Assembly (NCBI GenBank): GCA_022560555.1 | Contig: JADFSZ010000002.1 | Location: 3,843-35,842 of the forward strand | Source: PVC group bacterium | GTDB lineage: Bacteria; GCA-001730085; JADFSZ01 | Reading direction: 5' to 3' | Length of the DNA: 32,000 bases | The notes under the pieces: generated by a model | The model's input: only the letters and a program-made list of their open reading frames with translations | What the model was told of the DNA's origin: nothing | The model's database searches: none | Position numbers and translations under genes: made by a program | Shown: positions 1 to 8,454 of the stretch, one piece after another | Numbering within the stretch: position 1 is the stretch's first letter | Layout: every line of letters starts with the position of its first letter

Positions 1-632
1 CCCGTTTGATTACAAGCGCAAAAATAGACTTGATTTTCTATGGCCCGGGCTCGAGTCAGGTATCGCCACGCGATTGATCCTGTTTTGGTTCTGAAGGATG
101 AGGGTAAAAAAATAATTTCGGCTCCTTTACGGACTAAGCGGCGAAAATACTCAGGATAGCGCAAATCAACACATATCCCCAATCCAATACGAATGCCGTC
201 CAAAACCACGATTCCGTCTCTCACGCCTTTCGATGTATGCCGGGATTCATCTATAATAAAATCTTTTCGTTTAACAATGTACCAATACTTTTTGTGATAG
301 GCATGGACCACACGCCCCCCACGATGGATCACCAGGGTTGTGTTTGTTGGTTTTTGTTTTCGAGAACGCCTTAACAGTAAACTTCCTAAAATCAAATGAA
401 CCTTGTTTTTCCGCGCAAATTCTTGAAACCATTTTATCCACGGAGAATTCCGTTCTACCATGTTTTTTTCCGTGAATGTCCCAAAATAGAGAAAAGTCTC
501 AGGCAAACAAATGATTTCCGGCCGGTCGATCATCGCTCTATTCAATAGACGGCATGTTTTTTTAAAATTATTTTCCGGATGTGATGATGCGGTCAATTGA
601 ATGAGAGTAATTCGGACAGTTTCTTTCGGCAT
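1..632 (-). CDS. carbon-nitrogen hydrolase (nitrilase superfamily) protein; C-terminus runs off the window edge
   Basis: Absent from the ORF track because it is truncated. My own translation from the ATG at 632..630 reads MPKETVRITLIQLTASSHPENNFKK..EIICLPETFLY..VVLDGIRIGLGICVDLRYPEYFRR..RARAIENQVYFCACNQT. It carries the CN-hydrolase catalytic Glu (LPE) and Cys (GICVDLRYPE) contexts. Confidence 0.75.
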   Translation of the reverse strand, partial: MPKETVRITLIQLTASSHPENNFKKTCRLLNRAMIDRPEIICLPETFLYFGTFTEKNMVERNSPWIKWFQEFARKNKVHLILGSLLLRRSRKQKPTNTTLVIHRGGRVVHAYHKKYWYIVKRKDFIIDESRHTSKGVRDGIVVLDGIRIGLGICVDLRYPEYFRRLVRKGAEIIFLPSSFRTKTGSIAWRYLTRARAIENQVYFCACNQT

Positions 633-656
633 TGTATCTATTTATGTTATTCCTAA

Positions 657-884
657 TTATTTTTTCCTGAGAATCTTATCAAGGAGGGATCGTGCTTCTT
701 TTTTACGCGCTTTCGTGATTTTCTTCGTTTTTCTTGTTTTTTTAAGATAAAGCGTCAACACATCACCTTCTTTCGCGCCAGACGGCAAAAGCCACGAGGG
801 CAATATCACCTTAAAGGCTCGCCCATGAATTTCCAAAATGGCCCGATCCTTTTCTACGCGATCCAATATCACTTTTGTAATCAT
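657..884 (-). CDS. small DUF3006-like protein
   Basis: 75 aa. The pattern ILDRVEKDRAILEI..LPSGAKEGDVL followed by a basic K/R-rich tail matches my recollection of the DUF3006 family. Confidence 0.5.
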   Translation of the reverse strand: MITKVILDRVEKDRAILEIHGRAFKVILPSWLLPSGAKEGDVLTLYLKKTRKTKKITKARKKEARSLLDKILRKK

Positions 885-887
885 TGA

Positions 888-1442
888 TTATTTAGTTGTC
901 GTTAATTTAATGGCTTGTTTTTTTATAGAATTTAAAAGCTCATGTATCTCTTCCGCCCACTTATCTCCGCCGGGAAGCGACAGACATTTGTTGAAATGCT
1001 TGTCGGCAAGCTTGGGATTATTTTCTTCACAGGCGATTTTTCCTAATTGAAAATAGCAATCCTGATCTCTCTTGTTTTCTCTAATAATTTGCTCAAAAAC
1101 CATTCGGGCATCCATGCGCTCGCCTTGAAGATACAGGGCGAGGGCTTGACGGTATCGTTCCTCTGCTTTTTGGGAATACGGAGTCGGGGCCAAAGAAGTG
1201 TTGAGTGTGCAAATATCGATCAAGTTGTACAGCCACACCCAAAGAGCAAGAATACCAAATCCAATCGCCAAAACTTTGTTGATGGGAGTGGGCATCCATC
1301 GAATGCTCCCTAACGCGAGAATGAAACAAACAAGAAACGTCCCAAAAAATGCGGCACCTCTTTTTGGATACCCTTTGAGCCAATGGCCTGTCCCGCAGAC
1401 AAGCAAACTGCTTGTGAGAGCTATCATATCCCGCATTGCCAT
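888..1442 (-). CDS. membrane protein with C-terminal TPR-like region
   Basis: 184 aa with an ATG at 1442. There are three hydrophobic segments in the N-terminal half. The C-terminal half (AEERYRQALALYLQGERMDARMVFEQII..YFQLGKIACEENNPKLADKHFNKCL) looks TPR-like. Confidence 0.5.
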   Translation of the reverse strand: MAMRDMIALTSSLLVCGTGHWLKGYPKRGAAFFGTFLVCFILALGSIRWMPTPINKVLAIGFGILALWVWLYNLIDICTLNTSLAPTPYSQKAEERYRQALALYLQGERMDARMVFEQIIRENKRDQDCYFQLGKIACEENNPKLADKHFNKCLSLPGGDKWAEEIHELLNSIKKQAIKLTTTK

Positions 1443-1475
1443 CCGATCCTGATTAGGGTTATCATGTTTACACTT

Positions 1476-3449
1476 TTAATGTATTTGTCCATACTGCCGC
1501 TCAATGTCATCACGGTATTTTATAAACTGAGGATTTTCTTCAAAGAACTTCGAATCGATTTTGCGGATAAGGTCAACTTGTTCCTTCGCTTCGGGAATCA
1601 TTTTCTTTTTCCAATAATACATAGCAAGATTCATTCGGGTTCCCGCGTGCAATGGATTAATCTTGCTTGCCGTTTGATAAATCTCGTACGCTCGATCTAT
1701 TTGGCCGTCTAAGGTATAAACAGCCCCGAGATTGTTTAAGATAATCTCATAATACGGATACAACTTCAAGGCTTTTTTATACTTTTCGATGGCTTTTTCG
1801 AAAGAATCATGCGCGGCCATGAGCCGATTTTCTTTTCGATATTTTTCCCCGTTTCGCTGATGAATTCTTCCCAGAAAAAATCCGATTTGTTCATCGGCAA
1901 AATACCATTCTTCAGCTTGATGAAGATCACGCAAAGCTGAATTCAAATTTTCTCGACGATAATGGACGATCCCATCTTTTATATACCTGCTGCCGATCCA
2001 ACGGCGCGGGACAACAGAAAAAGCATAAAGAAAAAGACAAACGGTGAGACACAAGATAAACATACGTCTAAAAATTTGTTTTGAAGACAATGAGATTCCC
2101 CATACATCATCGGATTTTTTGCCGGATCCCCAAATAGAATTTCCGGCCCAGATCATTCCGCCTGTTGCCCAAAACATCCAAGCCCCGGCCGGGACAGTCA
2201 GCAAAACATATCCGAATAATCCCTGGATCAGACACCCAACAAAAACGCCGCCAAAACAATAAACATAAAATCGTTTGGCCCTGTCGCTCGATTTAAATAA
2301 AGCAAAAAGACTCCATCCCCAATGTCCGATAAGAAGCATAAAAACACCGATCCCCAACACACCCGTTTCGCTCATGATGTTAAGGTACTCATTGTGGGCT
2401 TTGACATACTTTATGCCTTTTCCGGTAAAGCCCCGTTCTTCTGTACTTCGAAACTTCATGTGCTCCACCTTAAAATTACCGATACCATGACCCAGCAACG
2501 GAGCATCTTTGATAATGGATACAGTATCTTTCCACACAAGAAGTCTTGTTTTTCTCGCATAATTGTCCGGATCAAAAATGGATATAAATCGATCTGTAAA
2601 TCCCTGAACGCTCTCGGGCATGTTGTGCCGATAAGAACTTTTCTCATTGGAAACCAACAGCACGACCGCAAACAATAGGACGAGAACCAGGGGGATCATC
2701 CGTAATAATCTTATCATCCATTTGCCAAGAGATTTGCCTCCCCAAACGACAATGAGCGTATAAACAAGGAAAATCCCTCCGAGAGAACCGAGCCAAACTC
2801 CACGGGTTTGTGCTACTAAGAGAAACAAGCCGCATACAAGCGCTACAAAACCAGCAAAGATTTTCATGGGACGAGTTGGGGCGAACATCATCCCGACTGA
2901 AATCAAAAACGGGGTCAGCATATATTCCGACGCATAATTATAATGTCCTAAAAGAGCCTTGTGTTCCGTTCTAGGTAAATCAAAATGAATCCCCTGATGA
3001 ATCACAACATCATAGATAAATGTTCCCAGCCCACCGGCCATCATAGCTAAAATCAGCATCTTAAGATGGGATTCCTTTTGAAAAGTTTCCGAAATGATGA
3101 TGGCGAGCATAACAAACCCGAGAACGCTTCTTAAAACAAAAAGAGCCTCATACTTATTTACAGCCGGGATGAGCGAAAAAATATTTATACTCCCAAACAG
3201 TATCGCAAAAATATATCCTGCGTTTCTTTTAAGATATAAGCCTCCTAAAGCGAGGCCCCTTACAAGGAAGAAACTTGAGATGAGGCACAAAAACATTTGT
3301 ATGCTTGTGCTTTTCGGCAAGCTATGAATATTGTCCGTAAAAGGAGAATGAATAAACGGGATGAAGAACGTCATCCCAAGAATGCTCCACCTAATGATTC
3401 TATCCCAAACAGGCGCCTGATTTTGCCCTACATGATTTTGATTCATCAT
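1476..3449 (-). CDS. O-antigen ligase/polymerase family (Wzy_C-type) membrane protein with C-terminal TPR repeats
   Basis: 657 aa and polytopic. It has the characteristic loop motif AHNEYLNIMSETGVLGIGVF. The C-terminal roughly 180 aa are TPR-like (YKKALKLYPYYEIILNNLGAVYTLDGQIDRAYEIYQTASKINP). Confidence 0.75.
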   Translation of the reverse strand: MMNQNHVGQNQAPVWDRIIRWSILGMTFFIPFIHSPFTDNIHSLPKSTSIQMFLCLISSFFLVRGLALGGLYLKRNAGYIFAILFGSINIFSLIPAVNKYEALFVLRSVLGFVMLAIIISETFQKESHLKMLILAMMAGGLGTFIYDVVIHQGIHFDLPRTEHKALLGHYNYASEYMLTPFLISVGMMFAPTRPMKIFAGFVALVCGLFLLVAQTRGVWLGSLGGIFLVYTLIVVWGGKSLGKWMIRLLRMIPLVLVLLFAVVLLVSNEKSSYRHNMPESVQGFTDRFISIFDPDNYARKTRLLVWKDTVSIIKDAPLLGHGIGNFKVEHMKFRSTEERGFTGKGIKYVKAHNEYLNIMSETGVLGIGVFMLLIGHWGWSLFALFKSSDRAKRFYVYCFGGVFVGCLIQGLFGYVLLTVPAGAWMFWATGGMIWAGNSIWGSGKKSDDVWGISLSSKQIFRRMFILCLTVCLFLYAFSVVPRRWIGSRYIKDGIVHYRRENLNSALRDLHQAEEWYFADEQIGFFLGRIHQRNGEKYRKENRLMAAHDSFEKAIEKYKKALKLYPYYEIILNNLGAVYTLDGQIDRAYEIYQTASKINPLHAGTRMNLAMYYWKKKMIPEAKEQVDLIRKIDSKFFEENPQFIKYRDDIERQYGQIH

Positions 3450-4741
3450 GATGCCCTTTGAAATTTCTTGCTTGCGTGCTCCAACAGATAGATCGATCCC
3501 GTAACCAAGACAACATCTCTTTCAGGTTTTTGAAGGTTTTTTTTAGTTTCGGAGAACGCGGAGATAAAATCAGGATAAATTTTTACGGCTCGGCCAAGAT
3601 TTTTAACCAAACCAGCCAGTCGATCAACGTGGCGAAATCGCGCCGTTTTTAGCCGCACAATGGCAACTTGGCGCACCCTCGGAATAAGAATGCGGCACAT
3701 GAGAGCCGCATGTTTGTCATCGAGAATAGACAGTATCAGATAGATATCTTTGTCGAAAAAGTAGCAATTGAGATTATCCTTGAGAACATGAAAAGCGGGA
3801 GCATTATGCGCGGCATCCAATACAACATAAGGATTTTTTGAAACAATCTCAAATCGACAGGGCCACCGGGTGTGTTTCAGCCCTTGACGCATCCGATGGA
3901 CTTGTATGGGAAAATGGTCCCGCAAAACATGGAGCGATGTTATGGCGGCGGCTAAATTATCCCGCTGATGAAGCCCCAGAAGCGGGACCGTAAAGTTCTC
4001 ATAGAGACTTCCATTCGCCTTAACCGAAATCTTCTTTTGGGCGTGACAAGTCCGGTGACTTTGAAAAAGGACGCCCCAAAGGGGCGCTCTTTGTTTTTCG
4101 CAAGTTTTTTTCAAAACAAGAAGGGCCTCTTTTTTTGTTTCTCCGCTAATGCAGGGGATACGATTTTTGACAATCCCGGCCTTTTCTCCGGCAATCTTAC
4201 GGATATTATCTCCGAGCCAATACGTATGGTCCTTGGCAATATTCGTGATCACGGTGACTAAAGGCCTAATGACGTTCGTCGCGTCCAGACGTCCTCCCAT
4301 TCCAACTTCCATAATAGCAATATCAACCTTCATTTTTTCAAAATACATGAATGCGATAGCCGTTACAGCTTCAAAAAAAGTCATTGAAACCCCGGGGGGA
4401 AGATTTCGAGATAATTTTTTAACCTCCTCGGCTAGACCAGAAAGGGCCTTTTCGGATATCGTCTTTTCAATTTGAAGGGGGTTAATAATTTTTATTCTTT
4501 CGGCAAGCTGACAGATATGAGGCGATGTGTAGAGACCCACTTTGAGATCGTGCGCCGCTAACATCCGAGCTATCATGGATGCCGTTGATCCTTTGCCGTT
4601 TGTTCCCGCGATATGAATCGTCTTATAAGCGTTTTGAGGGAAACCCGCCGCGGCAAGGAGAGTTTCCATGTTAGATAAGCCGAATTTGATACCAAATAAA
4701 GTTAAGGACTGCAGATATTTTTGAGTACAAACAGCTGCCAT
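3446..4741 (-). CDS. folC: bifunctional folylpolyglutamate synthase / dihydrofolate synthase
   Basis: 431 aa. It has the Mur-ligase P-loop HIAGTNGKGST, plus TSPH and DATNV motifs and a typical FolC length. Confidence 0.85.
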   Translation of the reverse strand: MAAVCTQKYLQSLTLFGIKFGLSNMETLLAAAGFPQNAYKTIHIAGTNGKGSTASMIARMLAAHDLKVGLYTSPHICQLAERIKIINPLQIEKTISEKALSGLAEEVKKLSRNLPPGVSMTFFEAVTAIAFMYFEKMKVDIAIMEVGMGGRLDATNVIRPLVTVITNIAKDHTYWLGDNIRKIAGEKAGIVKNRIPCISGETKKEALLVLKKTCEKQRAPLWGVLFQSHRTCHAQKKISVKANGSLYENFTVPLLGLHQRDNLAAAITSLHVLRDHFPIQVHRMRQGLKHTRWPCRFEIVSKNPYVVLDAAHNAPAFHVLKDNLNCYFFDKDIYLILSILDDKHAALMCRILIPRVRQVAIVRLKTARFRHVDRLAGLVKNLGRAVKIYPDFISAFSETKKNLQKPERDVVLVTGSIYLLEHASKKFQRAS

Positions 4742-4784
4742 AAGAGGAAGGCCGGTTTTTCTTACTACCAGGGTTATAAATAGC

Positions 4785-5621
4785 TTAGGGGCTTAAATAA
4801 TCAAGCAACGAGGCGATTCGGGCTTTTAATTCGGACCTCTCGACAATAATATCAATCATGCCGTGTTCTAAAAGAAATTCTGATCGTTGAAACCCTTCCG
4901 GGAGTTTTTGCCGTATGGTCTGTTCAATCACGCGGGGGCCGGTAAATCCTATGAGGGCCTTCGGCTCGGCAACAATCACATCTCCTACGGACGCAAAACT
5001 GGCCATCACGCCGGCCATCGTAGGATTTGTCAAAATAGATATAAAAGGCAGATTCGCTTGGCGTAGGAGCCCTAAAGCCGCGCAGGTTTTCGCCATCTGC
5101 ATCAAAGAATACAAGCCTTCATACATACGCGCTCCACCACCTGATCCCGAGATAATCAGAACCGGACGTCGTTCATCGATAGCTTTTTCGATCATACGTG
5201 TCAACTTTTCTCCCACAACAGATCCCATGCTGCCCATAATAAAGTTGGAATCTGTAACCCCAATGCGAACACCATAACCCAGAACTTTCCCGCTTCCGGT
5301 AATAACGGCATCATCCAGACCGGTTTTTTTCTGATCGGCCTTTAACTTTTCCTTATAGGGCTTTGTCCCCGTGAAATTCAGAGGATCGTTCGCGCGCAAC
5401 CTCCATGGATCCTCACAAAATGTCCCTTTATCAATCAAGTAATCGATTCTTCTCTGAGCGGTCAACGGGATATGGTGTCCGCATTCCGGACAGACGTATA
5501 ACGTTTCCTCAAGCTTTTTTGTATAGATGAGTTTTCCGCAACCGGTACATTTTGACCAAATGCCTTCGGGCATACTACGTTTTTTTGTCAATTTCCAACG
5601 AGGGAAACCAAACCAACTCAT
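4785..5621 (-). CDS. accD: acetyl-CoA carboxylase carboxyltransferase beta subunit
   Basis: 278 aa. It has the N-terminal Zn-ribbon CTGCGKLIYTKKLEETLYVCPECGHH followed by the carboxyltransferase core (GSMGSVVGEK, SGGARMYEG). Confidence 0.9.
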   Translation of the reverse strand: MSWFGFPRWKLTKKRSMPEGIWSKCTGCGKLIYTKKLEETLYVCPECGHHIPLTAQRRIDYLIDKGTFCEDPWRLRANDPLNFTGTKPYKEKLKADQKKTGLDDAVITGSGKVLGYGVRIGVTDSNFIMGSMGSVVGEKLTRMIEKAIDERRPVLIISGSGGGARMYEGLYSLMQMAKTCAALGLLRQANLPFISILTNPTMAGVMASFASVGDVIVAEPKALIGFTGPRVIEQTIRQKLPEGFQRSEFLLEHGMIDIIVERSELKARIASLLDYLSP

Positions 5622-6457
5622 ATCTGCTCCTCTAATACCCGCACCGCCCCATAGCCTCCGACAGACGTCCCATCCGCTTCTAGTTCTATACAGCGGCTGA
5701 CACGGTCCTGAAAAGTGGCGTTCATTGAAACATGCGGATATCCATTTTGCATGACAACATCATGATTGACGGCAAGAGCCCGTTTAGAATCATTGCATTC
5801 CTGTGACAAATGGACCAAAAACACATAATAAAGTTCTTTATGTAAAACTTTTTCAATGATATGAGCGCACTCCTCATTCGAAAGGTGGCCAAAATTCCCC
5901 ATGATCCTCTTTTTGAGATAACTCGGCCGTTTTGACTTCGCCAGCAACTCAACATCGTGATTAGATTCTATCACAAGAATATTCACATTGAGAAGATTTT
6001 CAAGAACGGTCGGAGTCAAACATCCCAAATCTAAGGCAATCCCGATTTTACAGCTTTCAGTTTGAATTCTGAATCCGACAGGGTCCGTACTGTCATGCAT
6101 AACGGAGAAAGGCTTTATCGTAAAATCTCCGATCGTAAATTCTTTAAGTGTTTCAAAAATTTGAAAACTTTTATGGTTTCGACTTTTTCTGTTGATCGCT
6201 TTATGTGTGAGGCGGCTCGTATATATGACAGGAGCATCTGTGCTTGACATATCTTTGAGGGCCCTGATATGATCCATATGCTCATGCGTAATCAGGATCG
6301 CGTCTATGGACTCCCACTCGACAGAAATGGCCTTTAAGCGGTTTTTCAGCTCTTTGAGGGGCAATCCCGCGTCCACAAGCACATGCGTTTTTCCAACTGA
6401 TACATAAATCGCATTGCCCTTGCTCCCACTCGCCAAAACACAAAATTTTAACATCAC
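5618..6457 (-). CDS. MBL-fold metallo-hydrolase
   Basis: 279 aa. The HEHMDH metal-binding motif comes after VLASGSKGNAIYV..VLVDAG. There is a 4-nt overlap with the accD start. Confidence 0.8.
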   Translation of the reverse strand: MMLKFCVLASGSKGNAIYVSVGKTHVLVDAGLPLKELKNRLKAISVEWESIDAILITHEHMDHIRALKDMSSTDAPVIYTSRLTHKAINRKSRNHKSFQIFETLKEFTIGDFTIKPFSVMHDSTDPVGFRIQTESCKIGIALDLGCLTPTVLENLLNVNILVIESNHDVELLAKSKRPSYLKKRIMGNFGHLSNEECAHIIEKVLHKELYYVFLVHLSQECNDSKRALAVNHDVVMQNGYPHVSMNATFQDRVSRCIELEADGTSVGGYGAVRVLEEQI

Positions 6458-6489
6458 TGGTTCATCCTACGCGTTGTGCAGCTCTCGTA

Positions 6490-6969
6490 TCATTGGTTCA
6501 ATCGGTATTTCAACGGGTCATGCGGGAGTACATAAGGTTTGATCGGTTGCGGCGCTTTGTTTAATGTGTTTGATAAAGGGCTGGTCGGACTCGTATAAGG
6601 CGGGATGCCGCCCGGAACATTCTGCAATGTGTTGGGATACCTGAGTGGTTTTTGATAGTTTTCAAGTTTGTAACGTAACGGATCCCGCGGATCATTCAGC
6701 GGATCATAATCAGGAAACACGCTTTGTTCTTGAGTGTCCGACACATCCCGTATCACTTCCTGCGCTAGAGCTTCATCTTTTATCGATTCTTCGAATCTGT
6801 CGCTCGGAAGATCTTTGCCGGAAAGCTCCGGAGACATATCTTCGTCAACTTGGGATACTTCATCTGGGGGCTCGGGACTTTCGAGATCTTTTTTGGAGCT
6901 CAAAGATGACCAGAAAACAATACCGACGATGGATAGCAAAACAAGTATTACGAATATCTTTTTATTCAT
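6490..6969 (-). CDS. hypothetical membrane-anchored or secreted acidic, proline-rich protein
   Basis: 159 aa. An N-terminal hydrophobic anchor or signal (KKIFVILVLLSIVGIVFW) is followed by an acidic stretch and a Pro-rich tail with repeated DPL(R/K)Y(K/R)L. I recognise no family. Confidence 0.45.
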   Translation of the reverse strand: MNKKIFVILVLLSIVGIVFWSSLSSKKDLESPEPPDEVSQVDEDMSPELSGKDLPSDRFEESIKDEALAQEVIRDVSDTQEQSVFPDYDPLNDPRDPLRYKLENYQKPLRYPNTLQNVPGGIPPYTSPTSPLSNTLNKAPQPIKPYVLPHDPLKYRLNQ

Positions 6970-7351
6970 GAGAAACCGCCTTATTTTGGTTAGGTGGGAT
7001 TTTTAACGCCTGCCCCGCATAAATTTTTGACGCGTCTTCAATATGATTCATCTCCGTGATTTCTTTTAATGCAACCTGATGCCGTTGTGCAATACCGTAT
7101 AGGGTCTCTCCTTTTTTGACGATATAGATGATCGTGTTTTGATGAAAATTCAGCTTTTCCGGAGCAACAACATCAATCGTTTGAAACTTGAATTCACTTC
7201 TCTCTTCAAGAGACTTTTCGGGCAAAATATCTTCCTCTTTAACCATCGGCAAATGCCGGTAAGGGACATCTCCGGATCGTGCTGTTTCGGTAGACCGGCA
7301 TCCGGCCATGCACATGATGACAACAAAAAAAATAAGATATTTCTTCTTCAT
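6962..7351 (-). CDS. LysM peptidoglycan-binding lipoprotein
   Basis: LysM motif YIVKKGETLYGIAQRHQVALKEITEMNHIEDASKIYAGQALKIP. I place the start at the ATG at 7351 (MKKKYLIFFVVIMCMAGC, which has a lipobox), 20 nt after the comEA stop. The track start at 7405 would overlap comEA. Confidence 0.7.
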   Translation of the reverse strand: MKKKYLIFFVVIMCMAGCRSTETARSGDVPYRHLPMVKEEDILPEKSLEERSEFKFQTIDVVAPEKLNFHQNTIIYIVKKGETLYGIAQRHQVALKEITEMNHIEDASKIYAGQALKIPPNQNKAVSHE

Positions 7352-7370
7352 AAAGTCGCGTATTCGTTCT

Positions 7371-7976
7371 TCACCAAACCACAATTTGATCACGCAAAGC
7401 TTCATAGCGTTTCTGTCCGATTCCGGGAACGCTCATAAGATCAACTGGCGATTTAAAAGAACCGTTTTTCTCTCTAAATTGAACAATACTTGCGGCCAGT
7501 TTCGGACCAATCCCCGGCAATGTTTCTAATTCGCTTATCCGGGCTCGATTAATATCGATTTGTTGGGGCCCAAGCGCGAACACGGAGGCTTGGAATTGTG
7601 TGCTATTCAAAAAAGACGCGTTCTCTTTATCCTTAGTCGAAAAGACCATTACTTTTTCTTCATCTCGAAGCTTTCTGGCCAGATTAATTCGGGTGCGATC
7701 CGCGTCCTCCCGGAGACCTGCCAGGTGCATGAGATCTATCAAACGATCGCCTTTCTCTAACTGATACACTCCCGGTTTTTTCACGGCTCCTTCGACATGA
7801 ACAATAATGGTTTCGGCTTGCTTTTCGACTTTTGCGTGCGAAACAGTTATTTTTTCATCGGACGCGTTCGTCGTATTATTGATCAACATGAGGACGAGCC
7901 CTATGACACCAAAAAGCCCTAAAAAGAAAATGGTTTTTTTTTCAGCTGTTGATAGGTATTCTGACATAATGTTCAC
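7371..7976 (-). CDS. comEA: ComEA-family DNA-binding protein (SLBB domain plus tandem helix-hairpin-helix)
   Basis: 201 aa with an N-terminal TM helix. SLBB-like segment VHVEGAVKKPGVYQLEKGDRLIDLMHLAG. C-terminal HhH segment INRARISELETLPGIGPKLAASIVQFREKNGSFKSPVDLMSVPGIGQKRYEAL. Confidence 0.8.
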   Translation of the reverse strand: MNIMSEYLSTAEKKTIFFLGLFGVIGLVLMLINNTTNASDEKITVSHAKVEKQAETIIVHVEGAVKKPGVYQLEKGDRLIDLMHLAGLREDADRTRINLARKLRDEEKVMVFSTKDKENASFLNSTQFQASVFALGPQQIDINRARISELETLPGIGPKLAASIVQFREKNGSFKSPVDLMSVPGIGQKRYEALRDQIVVW

Positions 7977-8019
7977 ACCCGGTTAAACTTGTGTAGTTTA
8001 ACAGATTCGTGCATACTAT

Positions 8020-8454
8020 TCAATATTGCTTGGACATATCTTCCATGGGCGGATGCTTTATCTTAATCCAGTACGAGCTCTTCTGCCCGGGCCACTTACG
8101 ATCTAAAAACCGCACGCCAACAAGTTTTGCGATAAGGGATATGAAAAGGAAAACACCGTAAAAAAGCACAAATAAGACCAATGTGGTTATGATGTGTCCG
8201 ATGCAAGCCGCGAGCGTGACCCACGGGATATAAATCGGCAAAATTCCTTTAGGGTTAATGAGTGTGATTGTCAAGATGACACCGGATATTATGAACCACT
8301 TCGGATAGTGGATAGAGCCTTTTGACAACCCGAAGAGTCCGATCCCTAAAAGAATGACACTTAAAATCAGCCCGAAGATTTTCCAATCTTTGGGATTTTT
8401 AGAGAAAATTGCATTTTTAGTGAAAGTAAGATTTTTTTCAATCCAGTTCTTCAT
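8020..8454 (-). CDS. small polytopic membrane protein, possibly SxtJ family
   Basis: The ATG at 8454 is preceded by GGAG at 6-nt spacing; the track start at 8505 is a TTG extension. It has three or four TM helices. It sits directly downstream of a carbamoyltransferase, the usual position of SxtJ-family proteins as I recall. Confidence 0.4.
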   Translation of the reverse strand: MKNWIEKNLTFTKNAIFSKNPKDWKIFGLILSVILLGIGLFGLSKGSIHYPKWFIISGVILTITLINPKGILPIYIPWVTLAACIGHIITTLVLFVLFYGVFLFISLIAKLVGVRFLDRKWPGQKSSYWIKIKHPPMEDMSKQY

